A DNA stretch of 41,515 nucleotides from an uncultured Eubacteriales bacterium (GTDB taxonomy: Bacteria > Bacillota > Sulfobacillia > Fermentithermobacillales > Fermentithermobacillaceae). Below the pieces are notes generated by a model, which was given only the letters and a program-made list of their open reading frames with translations, made no database searches and was not told where the DNA came from. Shown one piece after another: positions 16,846-28,165 of the stretch. Position 1 is the first letter of the stretch. Each line of letters starts with the position of its first letter. A program made the position numbers and the translations under genes. The stretch covers positions 1 to 41,515 of the forward strand of contig CAZRRG010000006.1 in assembly GCA_964602455.1 (NCBI GenBank), in the 5' to 3' direction.

Positions 16846-17961
16846 ATGATATCCAAGAGACGGGCTATTACCCTGTGTGTTGCGTTCGCTCTGCTGGCTG
16901 CTTTGGCCGGCGCCGCCGCTACAGCTTATTATGTCTACACGGGTCCTGTGGGTCGAATCTACGGCATAGTGAACCTGCTGGACGAGAACTTCTACAAGCC
17001 TGTTGACCGTGAAAAGGTCCTGGAGGGTGCCGCCGGCGGTGTCGTCCTGATGCTGGGGGATCCCTACTCCATCTTCATGAACCCCAAAGAGTGGGAAGAG
17101 TTTAACATCCGGACCTCCGGGGAGTACTCCGGGATCGGGGTAACTATAGGGGTCAAGGGCAGCAGGGTTCAGATCGCGCCTCCCATGAAGGGCGGGCCCG
17201 CAGACGAGGCCGGTCTCCAAGGCGGCGACATTATCCTGATGGTTGACGGAGACACCATACACACCAGCGATGAGGCAGCGGCGCGGATCCGGGGTGAAGC
17301 CGGCACCGACGTGACTCTTACCATTCAACGGGGCGAAGAGGTCTTCGACGTGACCATCACGCGGAGACAGATCGTGGTGCCTGCCACGAACTACTCGATG
17401 CAGGACGGAGATATCGGCTACATCGAGCTCTTGAGCTTCAACGAGCACTCGGCCGCTGAGACGGCTCACGCACTCTCGGATCTCAAGACTCAGGGAGCTA
17501 AGGCCATCATCCTGGACCTCCGGTACAACGGCGGAGGATACGTGGAGCAGTGCAGGCAGATCGCGGAGCTGTTTGTCCCCGAGGGAGTGCTGGTTACTCT
17601 GCGGTACAAGAACAAGCCTGACGAAGTGTACAGGACAACCGGGGAGGGCCTCGGGATGCCGTTGTTTGTCCTGGTCAATGAGGGATCCGCGAGCGCGTCT
17701 GAGATCCTGGCCGGCGCTATCCAGGACAGGGAGGCAGGAATCCTGATCGGTGAGAAGACGTTCGGAAAGGGTCTTGTGCAGGGCGCCTTTGCCCTCAAGG
17801 ATGGAAGCGTGATCAAACTCACAACAGCTGAATACCTTACTCCCGCCGGCCGGGCCATTGACGGCCAAGGACTCGAGCCCAATATCCCTGTGACCGGCGA
17901 TGAGGAACAGTTGGCTAAAGCTTTGGAAATGGCCCGGGCAGCCATTGACCAGGCTAAGTAG
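16846..17961 (+). CDS. ctpA: Carboxy-terminal processing protease (S41 family, PDZ-containing)
   Basis: N-terminal TM anchor, a PDZ segment (GGPADEAGLQGGDIILMVDG), the catalytic region GSASASEILAGA, and KTFGKG. Confidence 0.92.
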   Translation: MISKRRAITLCVAFALLAALAGAAATAYYVYTGPVGRIYGIVNLLDENFYKPVDREKVLEGAAGGVVLMLGDPYSIFMNPKEWEEFNIRTSGEYSGIGVTIGVKGSRVQIAPPMKGGPADEAGLQGGDIILMVDGDTIHTSDEAAARIRGEAGTDVTLTIQRGEEVFDVTITRRQIVVPATNYSMQDGDIGYIELLSFNEHSAAETAHALSDLKTQGAKAIILDLRYNGGGYVEQCRQIAELFVPEGVLVTLRYKNKPDEVYRTTGEGLGMPLFVLVNEGSASASEILAGAIQDREAGILIGEKTFGKGLVQGAFALKDGSVIKLTTAEYLTPAGRAIDGQGLEPNIPVTGDEEQLAKALEMARAAIDQAK

Positions 17962-17987
17962 AGGAAGGACCGAGGAAAGGGGCCCTC

Positions 17988-19241
17988 TTGTTGAACCCGC
18001 TTCTTGAACTGTTGCGGTTGGTGGTGAAGTCCTACCCGAGCATGTTTGCCAGCCCCATAGTGGCTGTACTCTACCTGGTCGTGCTTGGGCTGGTCGCGTT
18101 CCAATACCAGCGGATCCAGTCGATGGAAGAGCGCATGTTTGGACGACCCCTGAACAGGGCCTTGGGCCACACGCTTGTATCGATGGCTCTTGGTCTGCTC
18201 GGAGGTCTCTTCGCGAGTATCCTGCTGGTAATGGTCGGTGTCACGGTGAGCGACAGCGGCGTTGGGTACCTCCTGCCGATCTCCCTGTTCCTGTTCTTGT
18301 GGAGTCCCAGGTTCCTATGCTTCTCCTACGCCGGCGGGCTCCTGTCTTTGAGTTACCTGATGTTCGGATGGCCCAAAGTGAACGTGGCGGCTATCACGGC
18401 GCTTGTGGCCTGCCTGCATGCGGCTGAATCATTCCTCATCCGGTTGAGCGGCGAGTCCTGCTCCACCCCCGTGTACATCCAGGGCAAAGACGATAGGACG
18501 GTGGGAGGCTTCAGTCTCCAGCGGTTCTGGCCCATTCCCATCCTCGTGCTTGCTCTCGTGAGGGTCCCTGACATCTCGGTTCTTGAAGGCGTTATCAGCC
18601 TGCCCGACTGGTGGCCGCTGATCAAGGCGCCGGAGGTGGCGGGCGTTGGGACGCCGGTTTTCACCATGATGTACGTGGTGGCAGCCCTGGGGTACGGCGA
18701 TCTTGCTCTCTCCAGGACCCCCAGGGAGAAGGCAAGGGTCACCTCGCGCAACCTGTTCCTTTTCAGCGCCATACTGCTGGGGTTCTCCATCGCGGCGTCA
18801 CGTTGGCCGGCGTTTACCTGGGTGGCTGCTCTGTTTGCCCCGCTTGGCCATGAGGCGGTTATTCACGCGGGAAACCACGACGAAAGAGAGCGGGATCCCC
18901 GCTTTGTGTCTTCCGCAGCCGGGTTGGTAGTCATGGACGTCTTTGACAAGAGCCCGGCGGCCGAGGCCGGTCTTGCTCAGGGATGGGTGTTGTCGATGGC
19001 CCAGGGGCTCCCGCTGCGCAGCAGGAACGACTTGGATGAGGCGCTGAAGGAACCCGGAGATGTCTACTTCAGTGTCCGCCCTCCTCGTTCCACAGTTACC
19101 CGCCAGGTACAAGTGCGGCGGCAAGGAGCGGAGCCTCTTGGGCTCGTCGTCGCGCCGGGGCTTGGTGACCGTCCCCTCGTGATCGCACACTCCGACGGGC
19201 CCCTTTTGCGCCTGCTCAAGACCTGGTTCGCGCGTCGATAG
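17988..19241 (+). CDS. Polytopic membrane protein with a C-terminal PDZ domain (MinJ-like by architecture and synteny)
   Basis: Multiple TM helices, then VVMDVFDKSPAAEAGLAQGWVLSMAQG. Its position between ctp and uvrB matches B. subtilis minJ (yvjD). TTG start follows GAGGAAAGGGG. Confidence 0.7.
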   Translation: MLNPLLELLRLVVKSYPSMFASPIVAVLYLVVLGLVAFQYQRIQSMEERMFGRPLNRALGHTLVSMALGLLGGLFASILLVMVGVTVSDSGVGYLLPISLFLFLWSPRFLCFSYAGGLLSLSYLMFGWPKVNVAAITALVACLHAAESFLIRLSGESCSTPVYIQGKDDRTVGGFSLQRFWPIPILVLALVRVPDISVLEGVISLPDWWPLIKAPEVAGVGTPVFTMMYVVAALGYGDLALSRTPREKARVTSRNLFLFSAILLGFSIAASRWPAFTWVAALFAPLGHEAVIHAGNHDERERDPRFVSSAAGLVVMDVFDKSPAAEAGLAQGWVLSMAQGLPLRSRNDLDEALKEPGDVYFSVRPPRSTVTRQVQVRRQGAEPLGLVVAPGLGDRPLVIAHSDGPLLRLLKTWFARR

Positions 19242-19259
19242 GAATAGATCTACGAACAT

Positions 19260-19288
19260 TTGATTGCTATCTGCGTCCCGTGTATAAT
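19260..19288 (+). promoter_or_regulatory. Putative sigma-A type promoter of uvrB
   Basis: TTGATT (19260-19265), a 17-nt spacer, then TATAAT (19283-19288), 23 nt upstream of the uvrB GTG. Confidence 0.45.
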
Positions 19289-19310
19289 GGTCGGGCGGAG
19301 GGGATGCCCC

Positions 19311-21335
19311 GTGCCCGACTTCAAACTTGTGTCCGACTACGTTCCCAAGGGTGACCAGCCCGAAGCCATTGACGCTCTTGTCGATCGCATTCTCAAGGGC
19401 AAGAAGGATCAAGTGCTCCTGGGCGTTACCGGTTCAGGGAAGACCTTTACAATAGCGAACGTGATAGAGAGGTTGAACAGACCGACTCTAGTCCTTTCCC
19501 ATAACAAGACGCTGGCGGCGCAGTTGGCCTCCGAGTTCAAGACCTTTTTCCCTGAGAACGCCGTCGAGTACTTCGTCAGCTACTACGACTACTACCAGCC
19601 GGAGGCCTACGTGCCTTCCAGCGATACCTACATTGAGAAGGACTCCACCATCAACGACGAGATTGACAAGCTCCGGCACTCAGCGACGCTGGCTCTGTTT
19701 GAGCGGCGGGACGTCCTGGTGGTGGCGTCGGTCTCTTGCATCTACGGCCTGGGTTCTCCTGAGGACTACCGTACTCTGGTGCTGTCCCTCCGCAAGGGGA
19801 TGGTCAAGAACCGGCAGGAGATCCTGCGCCGACTGGTCGACATACAGTACAACCGCAACGACTTAGACTTCCAGCGCGGCACCTTCCGGGTCCGCGGTGA
19901 TACCGTCGAGATCTACCCGGCCGGCTCAACAGACAGAGGCGTCAGGGTGGAGTTGTTCGGCGATGAGATCGAGCGCCTGACCGAGTTCGACGTGCTCACC
20001 GGGCAAGCTGTTGCGGAGATGAACCACGTGGCAGTGTATCCTGCCCGCCACTACGTGGTTACCGACGAGAAGATGGCGCGGGCGATCGCGAGCATAGAGG
20101 CTGAACTCGAAGAAAGACTCAAGGTCCTGAGGGACAACGGCAAGATACTGGAAGCATACAGGCTTGAGCAGAGGACCAGGCAAGACCTGGATATGCTTCG
20201 GGAAATGGGATACTGTCCCGGTATCGAGAACTACTCACGGCACCTGACCGGAAGAGCGCCGGGGCAGCCGCCCTACACCTTGCTGGACTTCTTCCCGCGG
20301 GACTTCCTCGTGGTGATAGACGAGTCTCACGCCAGCATACCGCAGGTCAGAGCCATGTACGCCGGCGACCGCTCGAGGAAGCAGACTCTGGTTGACTATG
20401 GTTTCAGGCTGCCCTCGGCGTTCGATAACCGGCCTCTCACCTTCGAGGAGTTCGAGCAGAAGATCGGCCAGACCATTTACGTTTCGGCCACGCCCGGCGC
20501 CTACGAGCTGGAGAAGTCGGGAGGGGCGGTGGTTGAGCAGGTAGTTCGTCCCACCGGACTGCTCGACCCCGAGGTCGAGGTAAGACCGACAAAGGGCCAG
20601 ATCGACGACCTCATCAAAGAGATCCGCGATGTGGTGTCACGGAAAGAGCGAGTGCTCGTCACGACCCTGACCAAGCGCATGGCGGAGGACCTGACAGATT
20701 ACCTGCGGGATATTGGCATGAGAGTACGTTACATGCACTCCGATGTGGACACTTTGGAGCGCATGGAGATTATCCGAGACCTGCGTCTCGGGGCGTTCGA
20801 CGTGCTGGTGGGCATCAACCTCCTGCGCGAGGGGTTGGACCTGCCTGAGGTATCCTTGGTATGCATCCTTGACGCCGATAAAGAGGGCTACCTGCGGTCG
20901 GAGACGTCCCTCATCCAGACCATAGGGCGCGCGGCCAGGAACGTGCGGGGCAAGGTCATCATGTACGCCGATACCATCACAGGTTCCATGTCCCGGGCCA
21001 TCGGGGAGACGGAACGCCGTCGCAGGAAGCAAGAAGCGTACAATAAGGAGCGTGGCATCACGCCCGCCACAGTTGAGAAGGCTATCCGCGACATAATCCA
21101 GTCGCAGAAGCCGGTGACGTCCCAGGCTGAGTACTACTTCAAGGACAAGGATATAGCCGACGTCCCGAAGCGGGCCATCCCGCAGCTCATACAGAAGATG
21201 CGCAAAGAGATGAAGCAGGCGTCTCGCGACCTGGAGTTTGAGCGCGCGGCGCTCCTTAGGGACATGATATTCGAGCTCGAAGCCAAGATCTCGCCCAAGT
21301 CAGGGCCTAGGAGCCAATCAGATGTCAAAAGATAA
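19311..21335 (+). CDS. uvrB: Excinuclease ABC subunit B
   Basis: GTG at 19311 follows GGAGGGG. The product starts [20 protein letters not shown]. Walker A is GVTGSGKT. The C-terminal UVR motif is [14 protein letters not shown]. Confidence 0.96.
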   Translation: MPDFKLVSDYVPKGDQPEAIDALVDRILKGKKDQVLLGVTGSGKTFTIANVIERLNRPTLVLSHNKTLAAQLASEFKTFFPENAVEYFVSYYDYYQPEAYVPSSDTYIEKDSTINDEIDKLRHSATLALFERRDVLVVASVSCIYGLGSPEDYRTLVLSLRKGMVKNRQEILRRLVDIQYNRNDLDFQRGTFRVRGDTVEIYPAGSTDRGVRVELFGDEIERLTEFDVLTGQAVAEMNHVAVYPARHYVVTDEKMARAIASIEAELEERLKVLRDNGKILEAYRLEQRTRQDLDMLREMGYCPGIENYSRHLTGRAPGQPPYTLLDFFPRDFLVVIDESHASIPQVRAMYAGDRSRKQTLVDYGFRLPSAFDNRPLTFEEFEQKIGQTIYVSATPGAYELEKSGGAVVEQVVRPTGLLDPEVEVRPTKGQIDDLIKEIRDVVSRKERVLVTTLTKRMAEDLTDYLRDIGMRVRYMHSDVDTLERMEIIRDLRLGAFDVLVGINLLREGLDLPEVSLVCILDADKEGYLRSETSLIQTIGRAARNVRGKVIMYADTITGSMSRAIGETERRRRKQEAYNKERGITPATVEKAIRDIIQSQKPVTSQAEYYFKDKDIADVPKRAIPQLIQKMRKEMKQASRDLEFERAALLRDMIFELEAKISPKSGPRSQSDVKR

Positions 21336-24189
21336 GATCATTGTAAGAGGCGCAAGGCAACATAACCTCAAAGGCATAGACCTTGAGATACCAAGGGACA
21401 AGCTGACTGTGATAACGGGGCTCTCGGGTTCCGGCAAGAGCTCCTTGGCCTTTGACACCATCTATGCAGAAGGGCAGAGGAGGTACGTCGAGTCTCTCTC
21501 GGCGTACGCCAGGCAGTTCCTTGGACTTATGGATAAGCCCGACGTGGACTACATTGAGGGTCTTTCTCCTGCCATCTCCATCGACCAGAAGGCCGGAGCG
21601 CGAAACCCAAGGTCCACGGTGGCTACCGTCACCGAGATATACGACTACCTGCGACTGCTCTATGCTCGCGTCGGTCACCCCCACTGTCCGGTATGCGGGA
21701 AGCCTATCTCCAAGCAGACAGTGGACCAGATCGCGGATCAGATTGAGGCCCTGCCGGAAGGAACGCGGTTCTCCATCCTGGCGCCCTTCGTCCGTGGGCG
21801 AAAAGGAGAGCATGAGAAGGTCTTCGACGAGATCCAGCGGGCCGGGTACGTGCGCGTGCGAGTGGACGGCGTGACAGCGGAACTGGACCAGTTCCTGGGC
21901 AAGAGGTTGGAGAAGCAAAAGAAGCACACCATTGAGGCTGTCGTTGACAGGCTGGTCCGGCGCGGAGATATCCGGTCGAGGCTGGTCGACTCCCTTGAGG
22001 CGGCTATCGGCCTAACCGGCAACCTGGTTGTGGTGGAGGTTCAAGGCCAGCCCGACCTGGTTTTCAGCCAGTCCCTGGCGTGTCCCGACTGCGGCATTAA
22101 CCTGCCGGAACTGGAGCCGAGGCTCTTTTCGTTCAACAATCCGTTCGGCGCCTGCCCTGAGTGCCACGGTCTCGGAGTGAACATGGAGATCGACCCCGAT
22201 ATGGTTATCCCGGACCGCAGGCGCACCATAGCCGATGGAGCGGTCACGCCGTGGAACGGGACACCCGACGGGTACTACATGCAGCTTCTGGAGGCTGCAT
22301 GCAAGCACTTCAAGATACCGACCGACGTTCCGGTTGATCAGCTGACCGAACAACAGATCAACACGATTCTGTACGGCGCTGGCGACGAGAGGATTCCTTT
22401 CCACTACGAGAGCCAGTACGGGCGCTACAGCGACCGGATGGTGACATTCGAAGGGGTAGTGCCGAACCTCGAGCGCAGGTACAGGAACGCTCCTAGCGAG
22501 GACGTACGCCAGTATATCGAGGAGTATATGGCGACTCGGCCATGTCCGACATGCAAGGGGACGCGCCTGAAGCCGGAATCCCTTGCCGTGACTGTGGGTG
22601 ACAAGAACATCGCCCAGGTCAGCGAGATGTCGGTGTCGGCCGCACTAAAGTTCCTGGGTTCGCTCTCGCTCTCTCCACGCGAGGAGATCATCGCCAACCA
22701 GATCCTGAAGCAGGTGAAGGCAAGGCTCCAGTTCCTGATAGACGTGGGGCTTGGATACCTTACCCTGACGCGCCAGGCGGGTACGCTTGCGGGCGGAGAG
22801 GCTCAGAGGATCCGACTGGCGACCCAGATCGGCTCAGGGCTGGTCGGCGTGTTGTACGTACTGGACGAGCCCAGCATCGGGCTGCACCCCAGGGATAACC
22901 AAAAGCTGCTGAACACCATCATGCACCTTCGGGACATCGGCAACACCCTCATAGTGGTGGAACACGACGAGGAGACGATCAGGAGCGCCGACCATGTGAT
23001 AGACGTCGGCCCCGGAGCGGGAGAGAACGGCGGTCAGATTGTCGCGGCCGGTTCGGTTCAGGACATCCTGGATAACCCAGACTCGTTGACGGGCCAGTAC
23101 CTGTCGGGGAAGAAGCGCATCGAGGTACCCGCAAGGAGGAAGCCCGATGGGCGGTTCATCACCGTGAGGGGCGCGCGGGAACACAACCTGAAGAACATCG
23201 ACGTGGCCATACCCTTGGGTCTGTTCACCTGTGTCACCGGCGTCTCCGGATCCGGCAAGAGCACCCTGGTCAACGATGTACTCTACAGGAAGCTGGCATT
23301 CGAGCTGAACGGCGCCAGGACCAAACCCGGAGAGCACGACTCGGTGGACGGCCTTGGCCATCTCGACAAGATCATCAACATCGATCAGTCTCCTATCGGG
23401 CGTACACCGAGGTCGAATCCAGCGACCTACACCGGTGTCTTCACCGATATCCGCAACATCTTTGCCATGACGCCCGACGCCAAAGTACGGGGCTACAAAC
23501 CGGGACGCTTCTCCTTCAACGTCAGAGGCGGTCGCTGCGAAGCCTGCAAGGGAGACGGCATCCTCCGCATAGAGATGCAGTTCCTTCCCGATGTCTACGT
23601 GCCTTGCGAAGTCTGCGGCGGAAAGCGGTACAACAGCCAGACTCTCGAGGTGAAGTACCACGGCAAGAACATCGCCGAGGTATTGGAGATGACCGTGAGC
23701 GAGGCGCTCCTCCTCTTCAAGGACGTGCCGTCCATTCACCGCAAGCTGCAGACCATCGCCGATGTGGGGCTCGGATATGTAAAGCTGGGCCAACCGGCCA
23801 CTACCCTGTCCGGCGGCGAGGCCCAGCGGGTTAAGCTGGCCACCGAACTGTCCAGGCGCGGGAATGAGCGAACCATGTACATCCTGGACGAGCCGACCAC
23901 CGGACTCCATTTCGAGGACGTTCGCAAGCTCCTGGACGTCCTTCAGAGATTGGTTGACGCAGGGAGCACCGTGGTTGTCATAGAACACAACCCCGACGTG
24001 GTTAAGTGCGCCGACTACCTCATCGACCTGGGGCCGGAGGGCGGCGAGGAAGGCGGTTACGTGATCGCCACCGGCACACCTGAAGAGGTCGCGGCTGTTG
24101 AGGCGTCGTACACTGGCCAGTTCCTGAAAGGAATACTAAATGCGCGCGGGTCCGGAACACGGAACTCCGGTGTCGCGGGCGATAGGTGA
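21322..24189 (+). CDS. uvrA: Excinuclease ABC subunit A
   Basis: Two ABC modules (GLSGSGKSS and GVSGSGKST), zinc-finger cysteines, and LSGGEAQR twice. Overlaps the uvrB 3' end by 14 nt. Confidence 0.97.
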   Translation: MSKDKIIVRGARQHNLKGIDLEIPRDKLTVITGLSGSGKSSLAFDTIYAEGQRRYVESLSAYARQFLGLMDKPDVDYIEGLSPAISIDQKAGARNPRSTVATVTEIYDYLRLLYARVGHPHCPVCGKPISKQTVDQIADQIEALPEGTRFSILAPFVRGRKGEHEKVFDEIQRAGYVRVRVDGVTAELDQFLGKRLEKQKKHTIEAVVDRLVRRGDIRSRLVDSLEAAIGLTGNLVVVEVQGQPDLVFSQSLACPDCGINLPELEPRLFSFNNPFGACPECHGLGVNMEIDPDMVIPDRRRTIADGAVTPWNGTPDGYYMQLLEAACKHFKIPTDVPVDQLTEQQINTILYGAGDERIPFHYESQYGRYSDRMVTFEGVVPNLERRYRNAPSEDVRQYIEEYMATRPCPTCKGTRLKPESLAVTVGDKNIAQVSEMSVSAALKFLGSLSLSPREEIIANQILKQVKARLQFLIDVGLGYLTLTRQAGTLAGGEAQRIRLATQIGSGLVGVLYVLDEPSIGLHPRDNQKLLNTIMHLRDIGNTLIVVEHDEETIRSADHVIDVGPGAGENGGQIVAAGSVQDILDNPDSLTGQYLSGKKRIEVPARRKPDGRFITVRGAREHNLKNIDVAIPLGLFTCVTGVSGSGKSTLVNDVLYRKLAFELNGARTKPGEHDSVDGLGHLDKIINIDQSPIGRTPRSNPATYTGVFTDIRNIFAMTPDAKVRGYKPGRFSFNVRGGRCEACKGDGILRIEMQFLPDVYVPCEVCGGKRYNSQTLEVKYHGKNIAEVLEMTVSEALLLFKDVPSIHRKLQTIADVGLGYVKLGQPATTLSGGEAQRVKLATELSRRGNERTMYILDEPTTGLHFEDVRKLLDVLQRLVDAGSTVVVIEHNPDVVKCADYLIDLGPEGGEEGGYVIATGTPEEVAAVEASYTGQFLKGILNARGSGTRNSGVAGDR

Positions 24190-26197
24190 TGCTCCCGACT
24201 TGAGCGAGGACAGCCCCAGGATTGAAGAACTACAGGAGCAGGCATGGAGCGGCTATGTTGGTGATAGAGTAGCGCTTGCCGGCAGGATTAAGGACGCTCC
24301 TGAGTCTCCGGGCGTGTACGTGTACCGGGGCGATGACGGCACGGTCCTCTACGTCGGCAAGGCCAAGAACCTGCGCCAAAGGCTGCGTTCATACTTTGCG
24401 TCGGCCCTTTCTCCCAAGACAGAGGCTCTCATGTCAAAGGTCGGTAGCCTTGAGACGATCAGCGTCGGCTCCGAGAAAGAAGCCTTCATACTAGAGAACC
24501 TTCTAATTAAGCGCCACCGGCCCAGGTACAACATCCTGCTCCGCGACGATAAGCAATACCCCTACATTAGGGTTGGCGTTGCGGACAAGTGGCCTCGAGT
24601 TACTATCGCCAGGAGAACCGCCAAAGACGGTGCCCGATACTTCGGTCCATATACGCGGGCGGGTTCGGTCAGGGAAACCCTGGCTCTCCTCAGGAGGATC
24701 TTCCCCTTTCGCAACTGTAACGACAGGACTCTGGCCCAGGTGAAAAGGCCTTGCCTGGACTACCACATCGGGCGGTGCCTCGGCCCTTGCACCGGGAAGC
24801 TGGATGAGAGCGTGTACGCAGCGACCATTGACGAGGTCGTGAAGTTTCTGGAAGGCCGGCTAAGGGAGGTCCGCGCGTCCCTTCAGAAGAGGATGACCGC
24901 CCATGCCGAGAACATGGAGTTCGAAGCCGCCGCGAGAGTGCGGGACCAGATCCGGGCACTCGATGACGTGACTGAGCGACAGAAGGTTGCCACCAACGAC
25001 CACAAGGACAGGGATGTGCTGGGGTTAGCCAGGTCCGGCGAAACCGCTTGCGTCTCTCTCTTGACGTTCAGGGAGGGAAAGCTCCTGGGCAAGGAGGGCT
25101 TCATACTTTCGGGAGCGGCGGGCCGATCCGATGTCGACGTGCTTGAGGCCTTTATCTCCCAGTACTACTCCTCCGCGCCCTTCTATCCCCCTGAGATCAT
25201 CGTCCCGGCCGAGATACCTACAGCAGCCCACCTGGAGGAGATGCTTACCGACCAGCGGCGGGCCGCAGGTAGGGGAAGGGAGAGCGCGGTGCGGTTGCGT
25301 CATCCCAAACGCGGCAGACTGAGGGACATCATGGACATGGCCAGGGAAAACGCCGAAACCATGCTGGCTGAACGCGTGCCCAAAGAAGAAAGGGAGTCCG
25401 AGGCAAACCAGAAAGCCATGGAGGACCTTGCTCTCGCCCTTGGCACGGGCCGGTTGCCTTCGCGGATTGAGGGTTACGACATCTCCAACATCAGCGGACA
25501 CGAGGCCGTAGCGTCGATGGTTGTGCTCAAGGACGGCAAGCCCGACAAGTCCTCGTACCGGAAGTTCAAGATGAAGGTCGACGGAAAACCCAACGACTTC
25601 GCGATGATGCAGGAAGTGCTTTGGCGGCGGTTCCGCAAGGGACTGGCGGAGAGGCAAAAGGCAGCCGAGGCCACGGGCGGCAGGCATGCCAATCCCAATG
25701 AGGAGGGGACCGTGGTCCCCGTACCGCGGGGAGGCCTTAAGGGTCCCGGCAAGTTTGCGACGTTTCCCGACCTCGTCATAGTCGATGGCGGCAAAGGACA
25801 GGTCAGCGCGGCAAAAGAGGTCCTGGATGAGCTGCATCTGGACATCCCACTCGCGGGCCTGGCTAAGAAGAATGAAGAACTGTATCTCCCCGGCGCATCG
25901 GATCCCATCGTGTTGCCCCGTGACTCCGGCGCGCTCTACCTGGTAACCCGCCTGCGTGACGAGGCCCACCGCTTTGCGGTGACATACCACCGGAAACTCC
26001 GGGGGGAAAAGGCAACTCGATCCCAGCTCCTCGACATTCCCGGCGTGGGCCCCTCAAGAGTCAAGGAGTTGCTAACGGCGTACGGCGACATCGAGGCCAT
26101 AAGGAACGCGACCGTAGAGGACCTGGCTGCCGTCCGGGGCATCGGCCCCGCATTGGCGAAGGTCATACACGATTACCTGAACCCTCCCAAGCAATAG
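24140..26197 (+). CDS. uvrC: Excinuclease ABC subunit C
   Basis: GIY-YIG region ([30 protein letters not shown]), UVR domain ([14 protein letters not shown]), and a C-terminal HhH ([21 protein letters not shown]). The start is uncertain: ATG at 24140 (AAAGGA 7 nt upstream, 50-nt overlap with uvrA) or TTG at 24200. Confidence 0.9.
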   Translation: MRAGPEHGTPVSRAIGDAPDLSEDSPRIEELQEQAWSGYVGDRVALAGRIKDAPESPGVYVYRGDDGTVLYVGKAKNLRQRLRSYFASALSPKTEALMSKVGSLETISVGSEKEAFILENLLIKRHRPRYNILLRDDKQYPYIRVGVADKWPRVTIARRTAKDGARYFGPYTRAGSVRETLALLRRIFPFRNCNDRTLAQVKRPCLDYHIGRCLGPCTGKLDESVYAATIDEVVKFLEGRLREVRASLQKRMTAHAENMEFEAAARVRDQIRALDDVTERQKVATNDHKDRDVLGLARSGETACVSLLTFREGKLLGKEGFILSGAAGRSDVDVLEAFISQYYSSAPFYPPEIIVPAEIPTAAHLEEMLTDQRRAAGRGRESAVRLRHPKRGRLRDIMDMARENAETMLAERVPKEERESEANQKAMEDLALALGTGRLPSRIEGYDISNISGHEAVASMVVLKDGKPDKSSYRKFKMKVDGKPNDFAMMQEVLWRRFRKGLAERQKAAEATGGRHANPNEEGTVVPVPRGGLKGPGKFATFPDLVIVDGGKGQVSAAKEVLDELHLDIPLAGLAKKNEELYLPGASDPIVLPRDSGALYLVTRLRDEAHRFAVTYHRKLRGEKATRSQLLDIPGVGPSRVKELLTAYGDIEAIRNATVEDLAAVRGIGPALAKVIHDYLNPPKQ

Positions 26198-26284
26198 CTC
26201 CAGGGCTCCATCGCTCTCTGCAGAGCTGCAGCATCCCACTCAAGCCAGTCATCAAGATTCAGCTTAAACTTTTTAATGTCCGTA

Positions 26285-26313
26285 TTGACATCTCTCATTC
26301 ACGGCAATATATT
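26285..26313 (+). promoter_or_regulatory. Putative sigma-A type promoter of the DUF2089 cluster
   Basis: TTGACA (26285-26290), a 17-nt spacer, then TATATT (26308-26313), 22 nt upstream of the ATG at 26336. Confidence 0.5.
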
Positions 26314-26335
26314 GCATGTGGAAGGTGATTGCGCA

Positions 26336-26737
26336 ATGGCCAATGAGGTAGTAGGCAACTGTCCGGTTTGCGGTTCCAACCTTGAGGTCACCGAGATCCA
26401 ATGCCCGTCGTGCCACACGAAGCTGGTGGGGCACTTCGACCTCTGCAAGTTCTGCAAGCTGCCCCCCGAACAGAGGGCTTTTGCGGAAGTGTTCATCAAG
26501 AACAGAGGCAATATCCGTGAGGTCGAGAAGGAACTCGGGATCTCCTATCCCACAGTAAGAGGCCGTCTTGAGGGCCTCATCAAGGCGCTGGGCTACTCCG
26601 TATCCGCCGACGAAGATGAAGACCGGCTCGAAGCCTCAAGGGCGCTTCAGCGGAAGGAAATCATCGACCGGCTGGGAAAGGGCGAGATCAGCGCTCAGGA
26701 AGCCGCAAGGTTACTCAAGAACTTGTCTTCCAAATAG
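26336..26737 (+). CDS. DUF2089-type zinc-ribbon plus HTH protein
   Basis: ATG at 26336 follows GGAAGGTGA. Motifs: CPVCGSNLEVTEIQCPSCHTKL..CKFCKL, then FIKNRGNIREVEKELGISYPTVRGRL. The C-terminal helix is KEIIDRLGKGEISAQEAARLLKNL. Confidence 0.8.
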   Translation: MANEVVGNCPVCGSNLEVTEIQCPSCHTKLVGHFDLCKFCKLPPEQRAFAEVFIKNRGNIREVEKELGISYPTVRGRLEGLIKALGYSVSADEDEDRLEASRALQRKEIIDRLGKGEISAQEAARLLKNLSSK

Positions 26738-26845
26738 GTTAGGGAAACCCTTCGCCGCGACTTCCGGCGGCGAGGTTATCCATACGGCTGCCCAGGCTGG
26801 GGACATAAGCCAATAGAAGGGTAGGCTGCTAAGGAGGAACGTACA

Positions 26846-28120
26846 GTGTCCAAGGAAGAGAAGATGATGATCCTGCAAATGGTGGCCGACGGCAAGATCA
26901 CACCGGAGCAGGGAGCCGAGCTTCTGCGAGCGGTAGGCGAGTCGAAGCCCGAGGGCCCCTCCACACCGCCTGCAGCGCCGGCCTATACGCCTGCGCCGGG
27001 CCCGTCGACTCCGAAGGTGACGGTAACCTCAACGGAAGGCCCGAAGACCGCCGAAGAGGTGAGGCAGAGTATCCAGAAGTCCGTTGAGGCTGCCACCCGT
27101 CGCGCGGAAGAGTTTGCCCAGAAGGCCGCCTCTTCCGCTGAGGAATGGGCTGCCAGGTTCTCCAAGCAGGCCGAGGAGATCGCCCAGCGCGCTTCGAGCG
27201 AGGGAGAGAATATCGGCAAGGTGCTTGGGGAGAGCGGAGCAAACCTAGGGAAGCTGCTGGGAGAGAGCGGCGAGAACCTTGGCAAGATCATCGCTCGCAT
27301 CTTCACCGGAGGCTTCTCGGGAGGCTCCGAGTTTGAGTTCCATGAGGAGATGAGAGGAGACCTGCCCGCCGAAGGCGAGATACAGGTGAATCTCTCCACG
27401 ACCAACGGACGTATAGTGGTCGACACTTGGGATGAGAAGGGCTATCGTCTTGACGTTCGCAAGAGAGTGAACGCCGCGACCGAAGAAGAGGCAAAGGAAG
27501 CCACCAAGGGTGGATATGAGTTCACAGCTGACGGCCTGAACCTTGCCGGCCGCACCATGGAGACAACGATGAACCTGTTCCGGAACTACTCCATTGGTTT
27601 CACCCTGACCCTTCCTCGCGACAGGAAGGCAACTCTCAACCTGGCTTCCTCGAACGGGCGGATCTCAGTGGGCGGAATCTCCGGCGCCAGTCTGCGTGCG
27701 TCGACCTCCAACGGACGAGTTGAGGTCGAGGACTGCAATTTCAGTAGCACGGAACTTGGTAGCGCGAACGGCCGCATCGAGTTTGACGGGCGCCCTGGGG
27801 ATCTGAACGCCAGCACCGCAAACGGCCGCATCATCGCGCGGCTTGGGGGCCTTGGCGATTGGAAACTCAATAGCGCCAATGGACGGATAGAAGTTGAAAT
27901 CGAAAAGGAGCCCGGCGCCGCTTACTCCGTGGAAGCATCCACAGTCCACGGCAGGATCGAGGTCTCGGGGTGGGAGAACGCCGAGGTGCTGGTCGACGAG
28001 ACCAAACAAAAGATGGGATCGCGCCGGTACCACGCCCAGACTGCCGGCTACGGGCAGGCCGAGAAGAAGGCGTCACTGCGGGCCTCCACCACACAGGGCA
28101 AGGTGCTGGTGTCTTTCTAG
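26846..28120 (+). CDS. DUF4097-type beta-helical repeat protein (YvlB-like) with an N-terminal short helical motif and an Ala/Glu-rich linker
   Basis: GTG follows AAGGAGG (8-nt spacing). The N terminus is EEKMMILQMVADGKITPEQGAELLRAV. The C-terminal part repeats SxNGRI/V (SSNGRISV, TSNGRVEV, SANGRIEF, TANGRIIA, SANGRIEV). Confidence 0.8.
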   Translation: MSKEEKMMILQMVADGKITPEQGAELLRAVGESKPEGPSTPPAAPAYTPAPGPSTPKVTVTSTEGPKTAEEVRQSIQKSVEAATRRAEEFAQKAASSAEEWAARFSKQAEEIAQRASSEGENIGKVLGESGANLGKLLGESGENLGKIIARIFTGGFSGGSEFEFHEEMRGDLPAEGEIQVNLSTTNGRIVVDTWDEKGYRLDVRKRVNAATEEEAKEATKGGYEFTADGLNLAGRTMETTMNLFRNYSIGFTLTLPRDRKATLNLASSNGRISVGGISGASLRASTSNGRVEVEDCNFSSTELGSANGRIEFDGRPGDLNASTANGRIIARLGGLGDWKLNSANGRIEVEIEKEPGAAYSVEASTVHGRIEVSGWENAEVLVDETKQKMGSRRYHAQTAGYGQAEKKASLRASTTQGKVLVSF

Positions 28121-28165
28121 GCGCTAAGCGCTGGCCGGGCGACTGTACTGAAGGAGTGAACTAGA

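Noticed and set aside
16749-17006. 85-aa plus-strand ORF overlapping the ctpA start
   Set aside because: It lies in a different frame from the well-supported ctpA CDS, has no RBS, and has a Cys/Arg-rich implausible sequence.
16786-17868. 360-aa minus-strand ORF opposite ctpA
   Set aside because: It is antisense to an S41 protease frame with clear catalytic motifs, so it is considered a shadow ORF.
22834-23988. 384-aa minus-strand ORF opposite uvrA; the 321-aa ORF at 25025-25990 opposite uvrC is the same case
   Set aside because: These are shadow ORFs of highly conserved repair genes, with no independent coding evidence.
26215-26226. 10-bp palindrome CTCTGCAGAG downstream of uvrC
   Set aside because: It is short, isolated and contains a common restriction-type palindrome. 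No repeat or partner site is present, so it is not considered meaningful.
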